From an uncultured SAR86 cluster bacterium (GTDB taxonomy: Bacteria; Pseudomonadota; Gammaproteobacteria; Magnimaribacterales; D2472), in assembly GCA_902591925.1 (NCBI GenBank), contig CACJCN010000006.1, positions 9,919-73,918 of the forward strand: a DNA stretch of 64,000 nt, read 5' to 3'. The notes under the pieces are model-generated. The model ran no database searches, had not been told where the DNA came from, and was given only the letters and a program-made list of their open reading frames with translations. The translations under genes were made by a program, and so were the position numbers. This document shows, one piece after another, positions 46,976-55,678 of this stretch (the stretch's first letter is position 1; every line of letters begins with the position of its first letter).

Positions 46976-47749
46976 ATGCCTACTAAAAAGTCCAAATTTA
47001 AAGATAGCAAAACTGGTGAGATTTTTAATAGTTCAGATGAAGAGACCAAAGATTTAAATAAATTAAGGAATCATCATATGAACTTGATTCCTAAACTTGG
47101 CTTGGGTTGGAATCAACACTCCATAGTTACACTCAGAAGGCAATCCATATCAAGAATTCTTTATTATGACTGGGTATACAAAAAACTATTAGGTAAGCCG
47201 GGTGTTATTTGTGAGTTTGGTGTTCAATGGGGAGCAACAATGAGCCTTCTTACTGCGCTAAGAGGTATCTATGAACCATATAACTATACCAGAAAAATTT
47301 TTGGTTTTGATACCTTTGAAGGCTTTGTAGATACTTCTGAAAAAGATACTAAAACCTCAAAAAAAGGCGATTATGTTGTCACTAAAAATTATGAAGAAAC
47401 ATTAGAAGAAATTCTATCTATTCAAGATGAGCAAAATCCTGTTAGTCACATTCAAAAAAATCATCTTATAAAAGGTGACGCGAGCAAAACAATTAAAAAA
47501 TGGCTTAAAGATTATCCTGGAAATGTAATTGGAATGGCAATTTTTGATATGGATGTATACGACTCAACATATGATGTTTTAAAGTTAATTAAGCCAAGAT
47601 TATTTAAGGGATCTATCCTTGTATTTGATGAGTTTAATGACGACAACTGGCCTGGTGAAACCCAGGCTGTATTCGATGCACTCGAGATGAACGATTTAGA
47701 AATGAAGCATTTTCCAAACCAACCAAACTGCGCTATTTGTATTTTATAG
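46976..47749 (+). CDS. TylF/MycF/NovP-like sugar O-methyltransferase
   Basis: ICEFGVQWG, GFDTFEGF, IKGD, FDMDVY, GSILVFDE, WPGE. Confidence 0.8.
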   Translation: MPTKKSKFKDSKTGEIFNSSDEETKDLNKLRNHHMNLIPKLGLGWNQHSIVTLRRQSISRILYYDWVYKKLLGKPGVICEFGVQWGATMSLLTALRGIYEPYNYTRKIFGFDTFEGFVDTSEKDTKTSKKGDYVVTKNYEETLEEILSIQDEQNPVSHIQKNHLIKGDASKTIKKWLKDYPGNVIGMAIFDMDVYDSTYDVLKLIKPRLFKGSILVFDEFNDDNWPGETQAVFDALEMNDLEMKHFPNQPNCAICIL

Positions 47750-48295
47750 AAATTTTTTATTTCTAAACGATTCAAAAGTATAGATATATCCAGTATAGAC
47801 GGTAATAAGTACTGAAGTAATTAAAAATAAATCGGCTACCAAGATCAATAACATAATGTTAAATGCAAGTCCTGCAATATAAATTAATATTGTAAACAAC
47901 TGAATAGTGGTTTTTATCTTTGCTAAATTTGTAACCTTAGTTGCACCAGTGTTGTTATTTCTGGAATTGTAGTCTCTTAGTGCACTCACTAAAATCTCTC
48001 TAGAAATTATAATTGCTCCTAAAAATGCTATTAAATAGCTATTCAAGTTTACTGCCAAAGCAAATAAGATAAATATTATTAGTACTTTATCAGCAATAGG
48101 ATCGAGTATCTCTCCTAGTAAAGAAGAGGCATTATATTTTCTGGCAAAGTATCCATCAAGATAATCAGTAACACCAGCAAAACAAAATAATATCAATGCT
48201 AAGAAATAACCATCTTTAATAATAAGAAGCATAAAAATTAAAACGGCTAGAAGAATCCTAAGAATGGTCAATGCATTTATTAATTTAGTTATCAT
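47744..48295 (-). CDS. pgsA: CDP-diacylglycerol-glycerol-3-phosphate 3-phosphatidyltransferase
   Basis: TDYLDGYFAR...G..LDPIADK CDP-alcohol motif, AKIKTTIQ; follows uvrC. Confidence 0.93.
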   Translation of the reverse strand: MITKLINALTILRILLAVLIFMLLIIKDGYFLALILFCFAGVTDYLDGYFARKYNASSLLGEILDPIADKVLIIFILFALAVNLNSYLIAFLGAIIISREILVSALRDYNSRNNNTGATKVTNLAKIKTTIQLFTILIYIAGLAFNIMLLILVADLFLITSVLITVYTGYIYTFESFRNKKFL

Positions 48296-50072
48296 TTAAG
48301 TCCAATTTAATATCTTTGGCTATTTTCTCATTTATGCCTTCTACAGTCATTAATTCTTTAATATCAGCTGATTTAATTTTCTTTATGCTCTTAAATTTCG
48401 TTAAAAGGCGTTTTTTTAAAATTTCCCCAATACCTTTAATAGAGTCTAATTCAGATTGAGAAATTTTCTTTCTTTTTTTATTTCTTTGTGCTCGAATTGC
48501 AAACCTATGCGACTCGTCACGAATCTCTTGAAGTATTAAAAAAGCCTTAGAGTATTTATCTAATTCAATAATGCCATCCTGGCTTATTATGGTTTCAGAA
48601 GCTCGTACTCTTTTAGAACCTTTTACGATAGAAATTACCTTGATGTCATGATGATCTGATTTATTAATAATAGTATTAACAAAGTTGAGTTGATTTTTAC
48701 CACCATCAATTAAAATTACATCAGGCTTTAACTCTGGATCAGCATAGTATTTAATTCTTCTCTCTAAAACATGTTCAAGCGAACCGATATCGTTACCAGA
48801 TAGTTCTGCTGGAATATTAAACAATCTATAGTTCTTTTTTTGTGGTCCTTGCTTAGAGAAAACTACACATGATGCTACAGCGTTATCACCCGAAAAATGA
48901 CTTACATCATAACCCTCAATTTTTTTAATATCTTGTATTACTAAGTAATTGCTGAGCTCCTGCATTGCAAAAGTATACTTATCTTCTTTGCTAATATGAT
49001 TTTTTATGACCTGCTTTGCATTAAGTTTGCATAAATTAAAAATAGGTCTTATGGATTTATTTGGCGAGTGAATAATTTTTACTTTTTTTTGATGTTTTGT
49101 GCAGAACATGTCCTCTAGCAATTTATTATTTTCTAAAGAGTTAGTGCATAAAATCTTCTTAGGAATATCTGTCTGGTAATCATAAAAATTAACAATGGCA
49201 CTTTGATAAACATCCTCGATATTTTCAAAATGAGCCTGTTTTATAAGATGAGTCTTAGTACCTCTAATTTTTCCATTTCTTACAACAATAATTGATACAC
49301 CAAGATAGGTCAATTCTGCATGCACAGAAAAAATATCTACATTTGAAGCAAATGTTACAACTGATTGCTCCTCCTTTAGTAAATTTAATCTCTTTAAACG
49401 ATCTCTTATTTCAGCAGCTTTTTCAAAGTCTAATTTACTAACGGCAGCATCAATATCTTTAGTCAATCTTTGGATAGTTTTATTATCAGAAGAAGAAATA
49501 AATGACTTTGCGCCAGTTACATCTTCAAAGTAATCAACCTTTTTTATATGATTTACACAAGGAGCAGAACACCTTTTCATTTGATATTCAATGCATGGTC
49601 TAGTTCTGTTTGCAAATGTGGTATCACTACAATTTCTCACCTTATATATTTTTTGAATTTCTTTAATTGATTTTTTGACAGCCTCAGAACTAACAAATGG
49701 TCCAAAGTAATTTCTATCGACTGCTTTTTTGGTTCTCTTTAAATAAACTCCTGGGAAATCATGATCTAAAGAGAAGTATATGTATGGATAAGTCTTATCA
49801 TCTCTTAAAAGAATATTAAATTTTGGTTTATTTTCTTTAATAAGCATTTGCTCAAGTAATAATGCTTCAACTTCATTTTTTGTTGTAAAAGTTTCTACTT
49901 TGTCAGTAAGAAATCTGATTTGTGAAGTCTTTCTGTCTTTGTGAGATTTTCCAAAATAAGATGAGACCCTTTTTTTTAAATTTTTTGCTTTACCAATATA
50001 AATAATTTCATGATTACTGAAAAACTTGTAAACTCCAGGCGTATTGGGTACTTTCTTTAAATTAATAGACAT
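48285..50072 (-). CDS. uvrC: Excinuclease ABC subunit C
   Basis: PGVY..IYIGKAKNLKKRVSSYF GIY-YIG, FEKAAEIRD UVR, IEGYDVSH, LIDGG.Q, RDESHRFAI, HhH tail. Confidence 0.96.
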   Translation of the reverse strand: MSINLKKVPNTPGVYKFFSNHEIIYIGKAKNLKKRVSSYFGKSHKDRKTSQIRFLTDKVETFTTKNEVEALLLEQMLIKENKPKFNILLRDDKTYPYIYFSLDHDFPGVYLKRTKKAVDRNYFGPFVSSEAVKKSIKEIQKIYKVRNCSDTTFANRTRPCIEYQMKRCSAPCVNHIKKVDYFEDVTGAKSFISSSDNKTIQRLTKDIDAAVSKLDFEKAAEIRDRLKRLNLLKEEQSVVTFASNVDIFSVHAELTYLGVSIIVVRNGKIRGTKTHLIKQAHFENIEDVYQSAIVNFYDYQTDIPKKILCTNSLENNKLLEDMFCTKHQKKVKIIHSPNKSIRPIFNLCKLNAKQVIKNHISKEDKYTFAMQELSNYLVIQDIKKIEGYDVSHFSGDNAVASCVVFSKQGPQKKNYRLFNIPAELSGNDIGSLEHVLERRIKYYADPELKPDVILIDGGKNQLNFVNTIINKSDHHDIKVISIVKGSKRVRASETIISQDGIIELDKYSKAFLILQEIRDESHRFAIRAQRNKKRKKISQSELDSIKGIGEILKKRLLTKFKSIKKIKSADIKELMTVEGINEKIAKDIKLDLNDN

Positions 50073-50092
50073 GGCGAAAAATATTTTTGCTT

Positions 50093-51469
50093 TTAATCTT
50101 TGTCAGCTAAATATTTCTTAGTATAAATCTTGCCAGCATTTACACCAAACTGATCAAAAGGATTTATTTGCAACATAACCGAGGTTAAAAAAACTCTATG
50201 TTCCCAAGTTGCAATTAAAAATCCTAATTTTTTTGCATCAATACCATCAAAAATGAAAAGATTAACAGGAACATTGCCATTTATAATTTCTTCATCTTTC
50301 AGAAGAGTTGAAGCTCCTTCTGACAGAAGCCTTGCTTGGGTTATGCCTTGAGAATAAGCTAGACTGTCATGTTTATTTTGTGAATTTAAAATTATATCTG
50401 CACAAATATTGTGAGTTCCTTGATGAAATAGTTGAAAATATGAGTGTTGTGCTGTTGGACCATATCCTCCAAAAATAATTTGACCAGTTTTTTTGAATTC
50501 AGAATTTTTATTGGGCTTTTTTCCAAGCGATTCCATTTCAAGTTGTTGAAAATAATTAGACAGAGATCTGAGCTTCCAGTCATAGGATAAAATTGCTCTA
50601 GTATTTTTTTCTTTGACGTTATGAAGCCAAACATCTGAAAAAGCTAACATTTTTACAAACTTTTGATAATCTTCATCATCTGAGAGATAACTATCTGCAA
50701 TTGAGCCGCCTAAACAAAAATTATCAAAAGTATTTTCATGATTGGCTGGCATAGCAAAAAAAGCAGCAGCAAAAGATATTCTAGACCATATCGAATATCT
50801 CCCACCAATTTCTGTATCAAATTCAGTAATATGTTTAAAGTTAAATTTTTGAGCTTCGTTCTTATTTGCTGTTATTGCAATAAATTTATTTATATCTCCT
50901 GACCATTGAATTGCGTCTTTTAGGCTCTCAATTGTTTCATCTGTTGTAAATGATTTAGAAGAAACTATAAAAACAGTCTTTTTTGGATCTAGTTTTTTTA
51001 GTTTTTCATGCAACTCAGTTTTATCTGAACCAGTTATAAAATAATGTTTATAAGTGTTAAGTACCTCACCATGACCAAGGCTTTCAATTAATAGTTTTGG
51101 TCCTTCATACGATCCACCAATCCCCAAAGAAACAATATTTTCAGCATTAGATTTTGCAACTTCATCCGCAAAGTTATTTAATGCTTCATCTTTTAAACAC
51201 TCTCTATCTGGAACAAAATCAGTATTTGATTTTATAAATTCATTAATAAAGCCTTTGTTTTTTCTATATTTAGGATGAAATGCTGATTGATTTTCAGTTA
51301 GGTTAACAACTCTGCCACTTAATAAATCATCTATCTTTGAATTAAGGCCAAGTTTTGTTGCTTTATGATCAAACTCTGTATAAAGGTCATTTGTAAAATC
51401 ATTATTACGAAATTCATATCGGAAGAAGTTATTTTCGTAAGTATAGGTTTTAGGCATTTCTATGCTCAT
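50093..51469 (-). CDS. pgi: Glucose-6-phosphate isomerase (compact, 458 aa)
   Basis: GIGGS, SSKSFTT.ET, GGRYSIWS, QQLEMESLGK, QHSYFQL.HQG, NPFDQFGV.AGK. Confidence 0.9.
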   Translation of the reverse strand: MSIEMPKTYTYENNFFRYEFRNNDFTNDLYTEFDHKATKLGLNSKIDDLLSGRVVNLTENQSAFHPKYRKNKGFINEFIKSNTDFVPDRECLKDEALNNFADEVAKSNAENIVSLGIGGSYEGPKLLIESLGHGEVLNTYKHYFITGSDKTELHEKLKKLDPKKTVFIVSSKSFTTDETIESLKDAIQWSGDINKFIAITANKNEAQKFNFKHITEFDTEIGGRYSIWSRISFAAAFFAMPANHENTFDNFCLGGSIADSYLSDDEDYQKFVKMLAFSDVWLHNVKEKNTRAILSYDWKLRSLSNYFQQLEMESLGKKPNKNSEFKKTGQIIFGGYGPTAQHSYFQLFHQGTHNICADIILNSQNKHDSLAYSQGITQARLLSEGASTLLKDEEIINGNVPVNLFIFDGIDAKKLGFLIATWEHRVFLTSVMLQINPFDQFGVNAGKIYTKKYLADKD

Positions 51470-52128
51470 GATATGTTTTGAAAAATCTTGTCTAAAGCCT
51501 CGCCAACATTTTCAGCCCCTGTAATAGGTCTTCCAATTACAAGAAAATCTGCACCAAGATTTATTGCCTCTTTTGGGGTCATAACTCTTTTTTGATCATC
51601 ATTTGAATCTTGCAGCCTTATTCCAGGAGTAATTGATAAAAGTGTGCCTCTTTTTTTAACAAGCTTGAGTTCGTGTGGTGAACATACAATACCATCAATA
51701 CCTGCTAATTCAGCTAAATCAAGCATTGCATTTACTTGCTCTGAAGAAGTTCTTTGAAATATCTCATTTATTTCATCGTCACTGAGGCTTGTCAAAGCTG
51801 TAACACCAAAGACTTTTATTTGGGTATCTGAGGTTGCCTCCATTGCAGCCATCATCATATCTCTACCACCAGAGGTATGAATCGTAAGCATTCTTATTGG
51901 CAGTGAAGCCAGTCCTTGAATAGATTTTTTAACAGTGTTAGGTATGTCATGAAATTTTAAATCAAGAAAAATATCAAATCCTTTGTCTGCTGCATAATCA
52001 ATTATTTTCTTTCCCATAGAATTAAAAGCAACGCTTCCTATCTTTACCATACATTTTTTTGGGTCAAGATTGTCTACGAGCTTGGAGGCTTTCAAAAATT
52101 TGATTTCATCTATTGCTACTATAATCAT
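51466..52128 (-). CDS. pyrF: Orotidine 5'-phosphate decarboxylase
   Basis: FLDLKFHDIPNTV, TPGIR, DQKRVMTP, VIGRPIT. Confidence 0.96.
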   Translation of the reverse strand: MIIVAIDEIKFLKASKLVDNLDPKKCMVKIGSVAFNSMGKKIIDYAADKGFDIFLDLKFHDIPNTVKKSIQGLASLPIRMLTIHTSGGRDMMMAAMEATSDTQIKVFGVTALTSLSDDEINEIFQRTSSEQVNAMLDLAELAGIDGIVCSPHELKLVKKRGTLLSITPGIRLQDSNDDQKRVMTPKEAINLGADFLVIGRPITGAENVGEALDKIFQNIS

Positions 52129-52418
52129 TTTCTTAACAATGATTTTGACGGTTTAAAATGCATTGTTGCAGTTTCTCCTAAGTACGAAATTTTTTTTGTT
52201 TTAGGATTAACAAATTTTCTAGGTCTTATATATTTTTTTGAAAAAGTTCCAAAACCTCTGATTTCCACTTTTTCATCTAAAGCAACTGCTTCAGTTATTG
52301 ATTCTAATATTATATCAATAGAATCAGCAATATCAGATTTACTTAATTCTGGGAATTCTTTTTTAAGTGATAGCTCTATATCAGATCTTGTGAAAGTGTC
52401 TTTATTTTTTCTATTCAC
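52125..52418 (-). CDS. ihfB: Integration host factor beta-like protein
   Basis: VEIRGFGTF, NPKT, HFKPS; position after rpsA. Confidence 0.85.
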   Translation of the reverse strand: MNRKNKDTFTRSDIELSLKKEFPELSKSDIADSIDIILESITEAVALDEKVEIRGFGTFSKKYIRPRKFVNPKTKKISYLGETATMHFKPSKSLLRK

Positions 52419-53718
52419 TCAGTTTTAATGAAATTCTTTCTCTTTCTGCATCAATTGCAAAAACAATACACTCAAGTTTTTGATCTTTTTTATAATTTTG
52501 AAGAGCGGCTTTTGGATCTTCTTCTTCAGAAATATCTGAAAGATGTATTAATCCATCAATATCGCCTTCAAGACCTATAAATATACCAAAATCAGTTATT
52601 GATTTGATGCTACCTTCAACTTTATCTCCAATTCCATATTTATTATCAAATTCAATCCATGGATTTGATTTTGTCTGCTTTAGTCCTAGGGAGATCCTTC
52701 TTTTATCATGATCAATTTCTAATATCATGACTTTTATTTTTTCACCCATTTCAACAACTTTAGATGGATGGATATTCTTGCTAGTCCAATCTAACTCTGA
52801 TAAATGTATGAGGCCTTCTATACCTTGTTCCAACTCTGCAAAACACCCGTAATCAGTTATGTTTGAAACATCTGCTTCATAGATGCCGCCAACAGTATAA
52901 TTTGATTCAACATTTTCCCAAGGATCATTCTGAATTTGTTTTAGACCAAGTGAAACTCTAAGCTTTTCTTTGTCAAAACTTAAAACTTTTACTTCTATTT
53001 CATCACCAACATTAAGATATTCATTTGGATTTGTTACTCTTGACCATGATATATCCGTTATATGAAGCAATCCATCAAGACCTCCTAAATCAATAAATGC
53101 TCCATAATCAGTTATATTTTTTACAGTTCCAGTTACTATTTGGCCCTCTTCAAGATTCTTAAGAAGCTCAACTTTTACTTCTGAATTATTTTTTTCTAAT
53201 ACAGCCTTCCTCGAAAGAACAACATTATTTCTTTTGTAGTCTAATTTAATTACCTTAAACTCTTGTAATGTATTTTCTATATCAGGAGCTTCTTTTAGTG
53301 GTCGCACATCAACTAATGACCCTGGAAGAAAAGCTTTGACAACATCAACCTCAACTGCAAAACCACCTTTAACGCGATTATGGATCTTTCCTGTTACAAA
53401 TTCTCCAGTTTCAAGTGCTTCTTCAAGCATCTTCCATGTAGAAATTTTTCTAGCTTTTTCTCTTGAGATTCTTGTTTCTCCGTGACCATCTTCTACTGCT
53501 TCAAGGGCCACTTCAACCTCATCACCAACTTCAATTTCTATTTCACCATCATTACTTCTAAATTCATCTAAGGAAATTATTCCCTCAGATTTAAGACCAA
53601 CATGAATCGTAACCCAATCTTTATCAATATCTAAAACTACACCTGATACTATAGATCCAGGTTGCATGTCTAAAGTGCTTAAATTTTTATCTAGTAACGT
53701 CGAAAAAGATTCTGACAT
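52411..53718 (-). CDS. rpsA: 30S ribosomal protein S1 (five S1 domains)
   Basis: GLKSEG, AFLPGSLVD, DYGAFIDLGG.DGLLHITDISW, RISLGLKQ repeats. Confidence 0.96.
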   Translation of the reverse strand: MSESFSTLLDKNLSTLDMQPGSIVSGVVLDIDKDWVTIHVGLKSEGIISLDEFRSNDGEIEIEVGDEVEVALEAVEDGHGETRISREKARKISTWKMLEEALETGEFVTGKIHNRVKGGFAVEVDVVKAFLPGSLVDVRPLKEAPDIENTLQEFKVIKLDYKRNNVVLSRKAVLEKNNSEVKVELLKNLEEGQIVTGTVKNITDYGAFIDLGGLDGLLHITDISWSRVTNPNEYLNVGDEIEVKVLSFDKEKLRVSLGLKQIQNDPWENVESNYTVGGIYEADVSNITDYGCFAELEQGIEGLIHLSELDWTSKNIHPSKVVEMGEKIKVMILEIDHDKRRISLGLKQTKSNPWIEFDNKYGIGDKVEGSIKSITDFGIFIGLEGDIDGLIHLSDISEEEDPKAALQNYKKDQKLECIVFAIDAERERISLKLSE

Positions 53719-54378
53719 TTAATTAAATTCCTTTCTTATCATACTTTCAGTAAAACTGAATACTTCATCTAGCGACATTTCTGAAGAGTCAATTGTTATT
53801 GAATCCTCAGCAGGAATAAGAGGTGATATTTCCCTTGAACTATCTTTAAAGTCTCTTTTCTTAATATCAGCTATTAGTGCGGGCATATTAACTTCTTGAC
53901 CACGATTCTGCAACTCTAAGTAACGTCTTTTTGCCCTTTCTTCAGGAGAAGCTGTAAGAAAAATTTTTAACTTTGCGTCTTTAAAGACCACTGTACCCAT
54001 ATCTCTCCCATCTGCTACCAATATATCTCCGTCATAAAAATTCCTTTGGATATTAAAAAGTGTATCTCTAACTTCTTTTTTTGAACTAAGTTCTGAAGCT
54101 AATTTTGCAATTGATTCTGACCTTAATTCGGATGAGATATCATCTTCTTTATAGATAATTGAAAGTCTATTTTTATGATTATTAAAGATAATATTCATAT
54201 TGATTTGACTTATTATTTCATCTGGTGAAAAATTCATTTTAAAAAAATAAGCATAAAGTCTATATAAAGCTCCGCTATCAAGAATCTTAAAACCGAAAAT
54301 ATTTGCAATTCTCAAAGCAAGAGCTCCTTTGCCTGATGCTGAAGGTCCATCTATTGTTATCACATTAATTTTCATCAT
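53719..54378 (-). CDS. cmk: Cytidylate kinase
   Basis: ITIDGPSASGKG, LDSGALYR, DGRDMGTVVF, LTASPEERAKRR. Confidence 0.96.
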   Translation of the reverse strand: MMKINVITIDGPSASGKGALALRIANIFGFKILDSGALYRLYAYFFKMNFSPDEIISQINMNIIFNNHKNRLSIIYKEDDISSELRSESIAKLASELSSKKEVRDTLFNIQRNFYDGDILVADGRDMGTVVFKDAKLKIFLTASPEERAKRRYLELQNRGQEVNMPALIADIKKRDFKDSSREISPLIPAEDSITIDSSEMSLDEVFSFTESMIRKEFN

Positions 54379-55678
54379 CGATTTTCATACCTATTGAGTT
54401 CATAATATCTTTAAAGTTTGGAAAGGAGGTTTCAATATTTTTGCAGTTTTTAACTCGAACACAATTCTCTGATCTAACCCCAGAAATCAAAAAACTCATA
54501 GCAATTCTGTGATCGTCAAAAGAATTTATGAACTCGTCACACCTTATTTCTTTTGATGTACCAGTAATTGATATTCCATCATCTAAAATATCATGTTTTA
54601 TTTTTAACTTGAGCAGTCCCTCTGAAATCGCATTTAGCCTATCAGACTCTTTGACTCTTAATTCAGATGCATTTCTAATAACTGTCTGACCATCTGCAAA
54701 ACATGAAGCAATACTCAATATAGGAATTTCATCAATAATATTAGGGATGATATCATCAGGCACATCAACTCCATTCAATTCTGAAGATCGAACATATATA
54801 TCTCCAACAATTTCATTTGAAATTTCTTTTTGATTTTTTATAAAAATATCTGCTCCCATTAATGTAAGAATTTCCAACAAGCCTTTCCTAGATTCATTTA
54901 GACCAACGTTTTTAATTAATACCTCAGAATCCTTGGAAATAATTGTTGCAACAATTATGAAAGAAGCTGAAGAAAAATCACCCGGTACATTAAATGTATC
55001 TTTTGGTTCAAGTTCGGAATAATTTAACTCAATTAATCTTGAGTTTTGATTATTTCCATAAGCAATATCTCCTCCAAAAAAATCAATCATTCTCTCTGTG
55101 TGATCTCTTGTAATTTTTGGTTCAGTTATTTTTATATTTTTTTTAGCTGACATTGCGGTTAATAGCAGGCATGACTTTACTTGAGCACTAGCAATTGGCA
55201 TTTCATATTCAAAATTATTCATAATTTTTGAAGCATGTGTACTTATTGGAAGCATACCTTTATCACTACTTAACCTCGCTCCCATCATATTAAGTGGTTC
55301 GATTATCCTATTCATTGGTCTTTTTGAAAGTGACGAGTCTCCAGTTATTGTTGATCTTAAGCCTAGTCCGGAAATGAGACCTAATAACAATCTTGCACCT
55401 GTACCTGAATTACCAAGATTTAATACCTGCTCAGGATCTTTAAACATGACTTCTCTTTTTTTTAAGATTACTTCATTTCCATTTATTGATATTGAAGATC
55501 CAATAGAATTAAGTGCATTTACAGTTGAAAGTGGGTCTTGAGCATTTAAAAATCCACTAACACGCATATCACAATTAAGTAATGATCCAATAATTACAAT
55601 TCTTTGAGATACTGATTTATCACCTGGACAAGTAACTTCTCCATGTAAAGATTTTGTTTTGTAGGAGGCTAAATTCAA
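54365..55678 (-). CDS. aroA: 3-phosphoshikimate 1-carboxyvinyltransferase
   Basis: PGDKS.SQR, GNSGT, SAQVKS, RDHTERM, IDEIP, LRVKESDRL, DDHRIAMSF. Confidence 0.96.
   Translation of the reverse strand: MNLASYKTKSLHGEVTCPGDKSVSQRIVIIGSLLNCDMRVSGFLNAQDPLSTVNALNSIGSSISINGNEVILKKREVMFKDPEQVLNLGNSGTGARLLLGLISGLGLRSTITGDSSLSKRPMNRIIEPLNMMGARLSSDKGMLPISTHASKIMNNFEYEMPIASAQVKSCLLLTAMSAKKNIKITEPKITRDHTERMIDFFGGDIAYGNNQNSRLIELNYSELEPKDTFNVPGDFSSASFIIVATIISKDSEVLIKNVGLNESRKGLLEILTLMGADIFIKNQKEISNEIVGDIYVRSSELNGVDVPDDIIPNIIDEIPILSIASCFADGQTVIRNASELRVKESDRLNAISEGLLKLKIKHDILDDGISITGTSKEIRCDEFINSFDDHRIAMSFLISGVRSENCVRVKNCKNIETSFPNFKDIMNSIGMKIDDEN

Larger units (their letters stand above)
14458..47749. other. 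Surface-glycan (O-antigen/capsule) biosynthesis and tailoring genomic island
   Basis: Uninterrupted run of nucleotide-sugar, glycosyltransferase, flippase, polymerase and methyltransferase genes between housekeeping blocks, enclosing two tRNAs. Boundaries approximate; no integrase seen. Confidence 0.85.
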
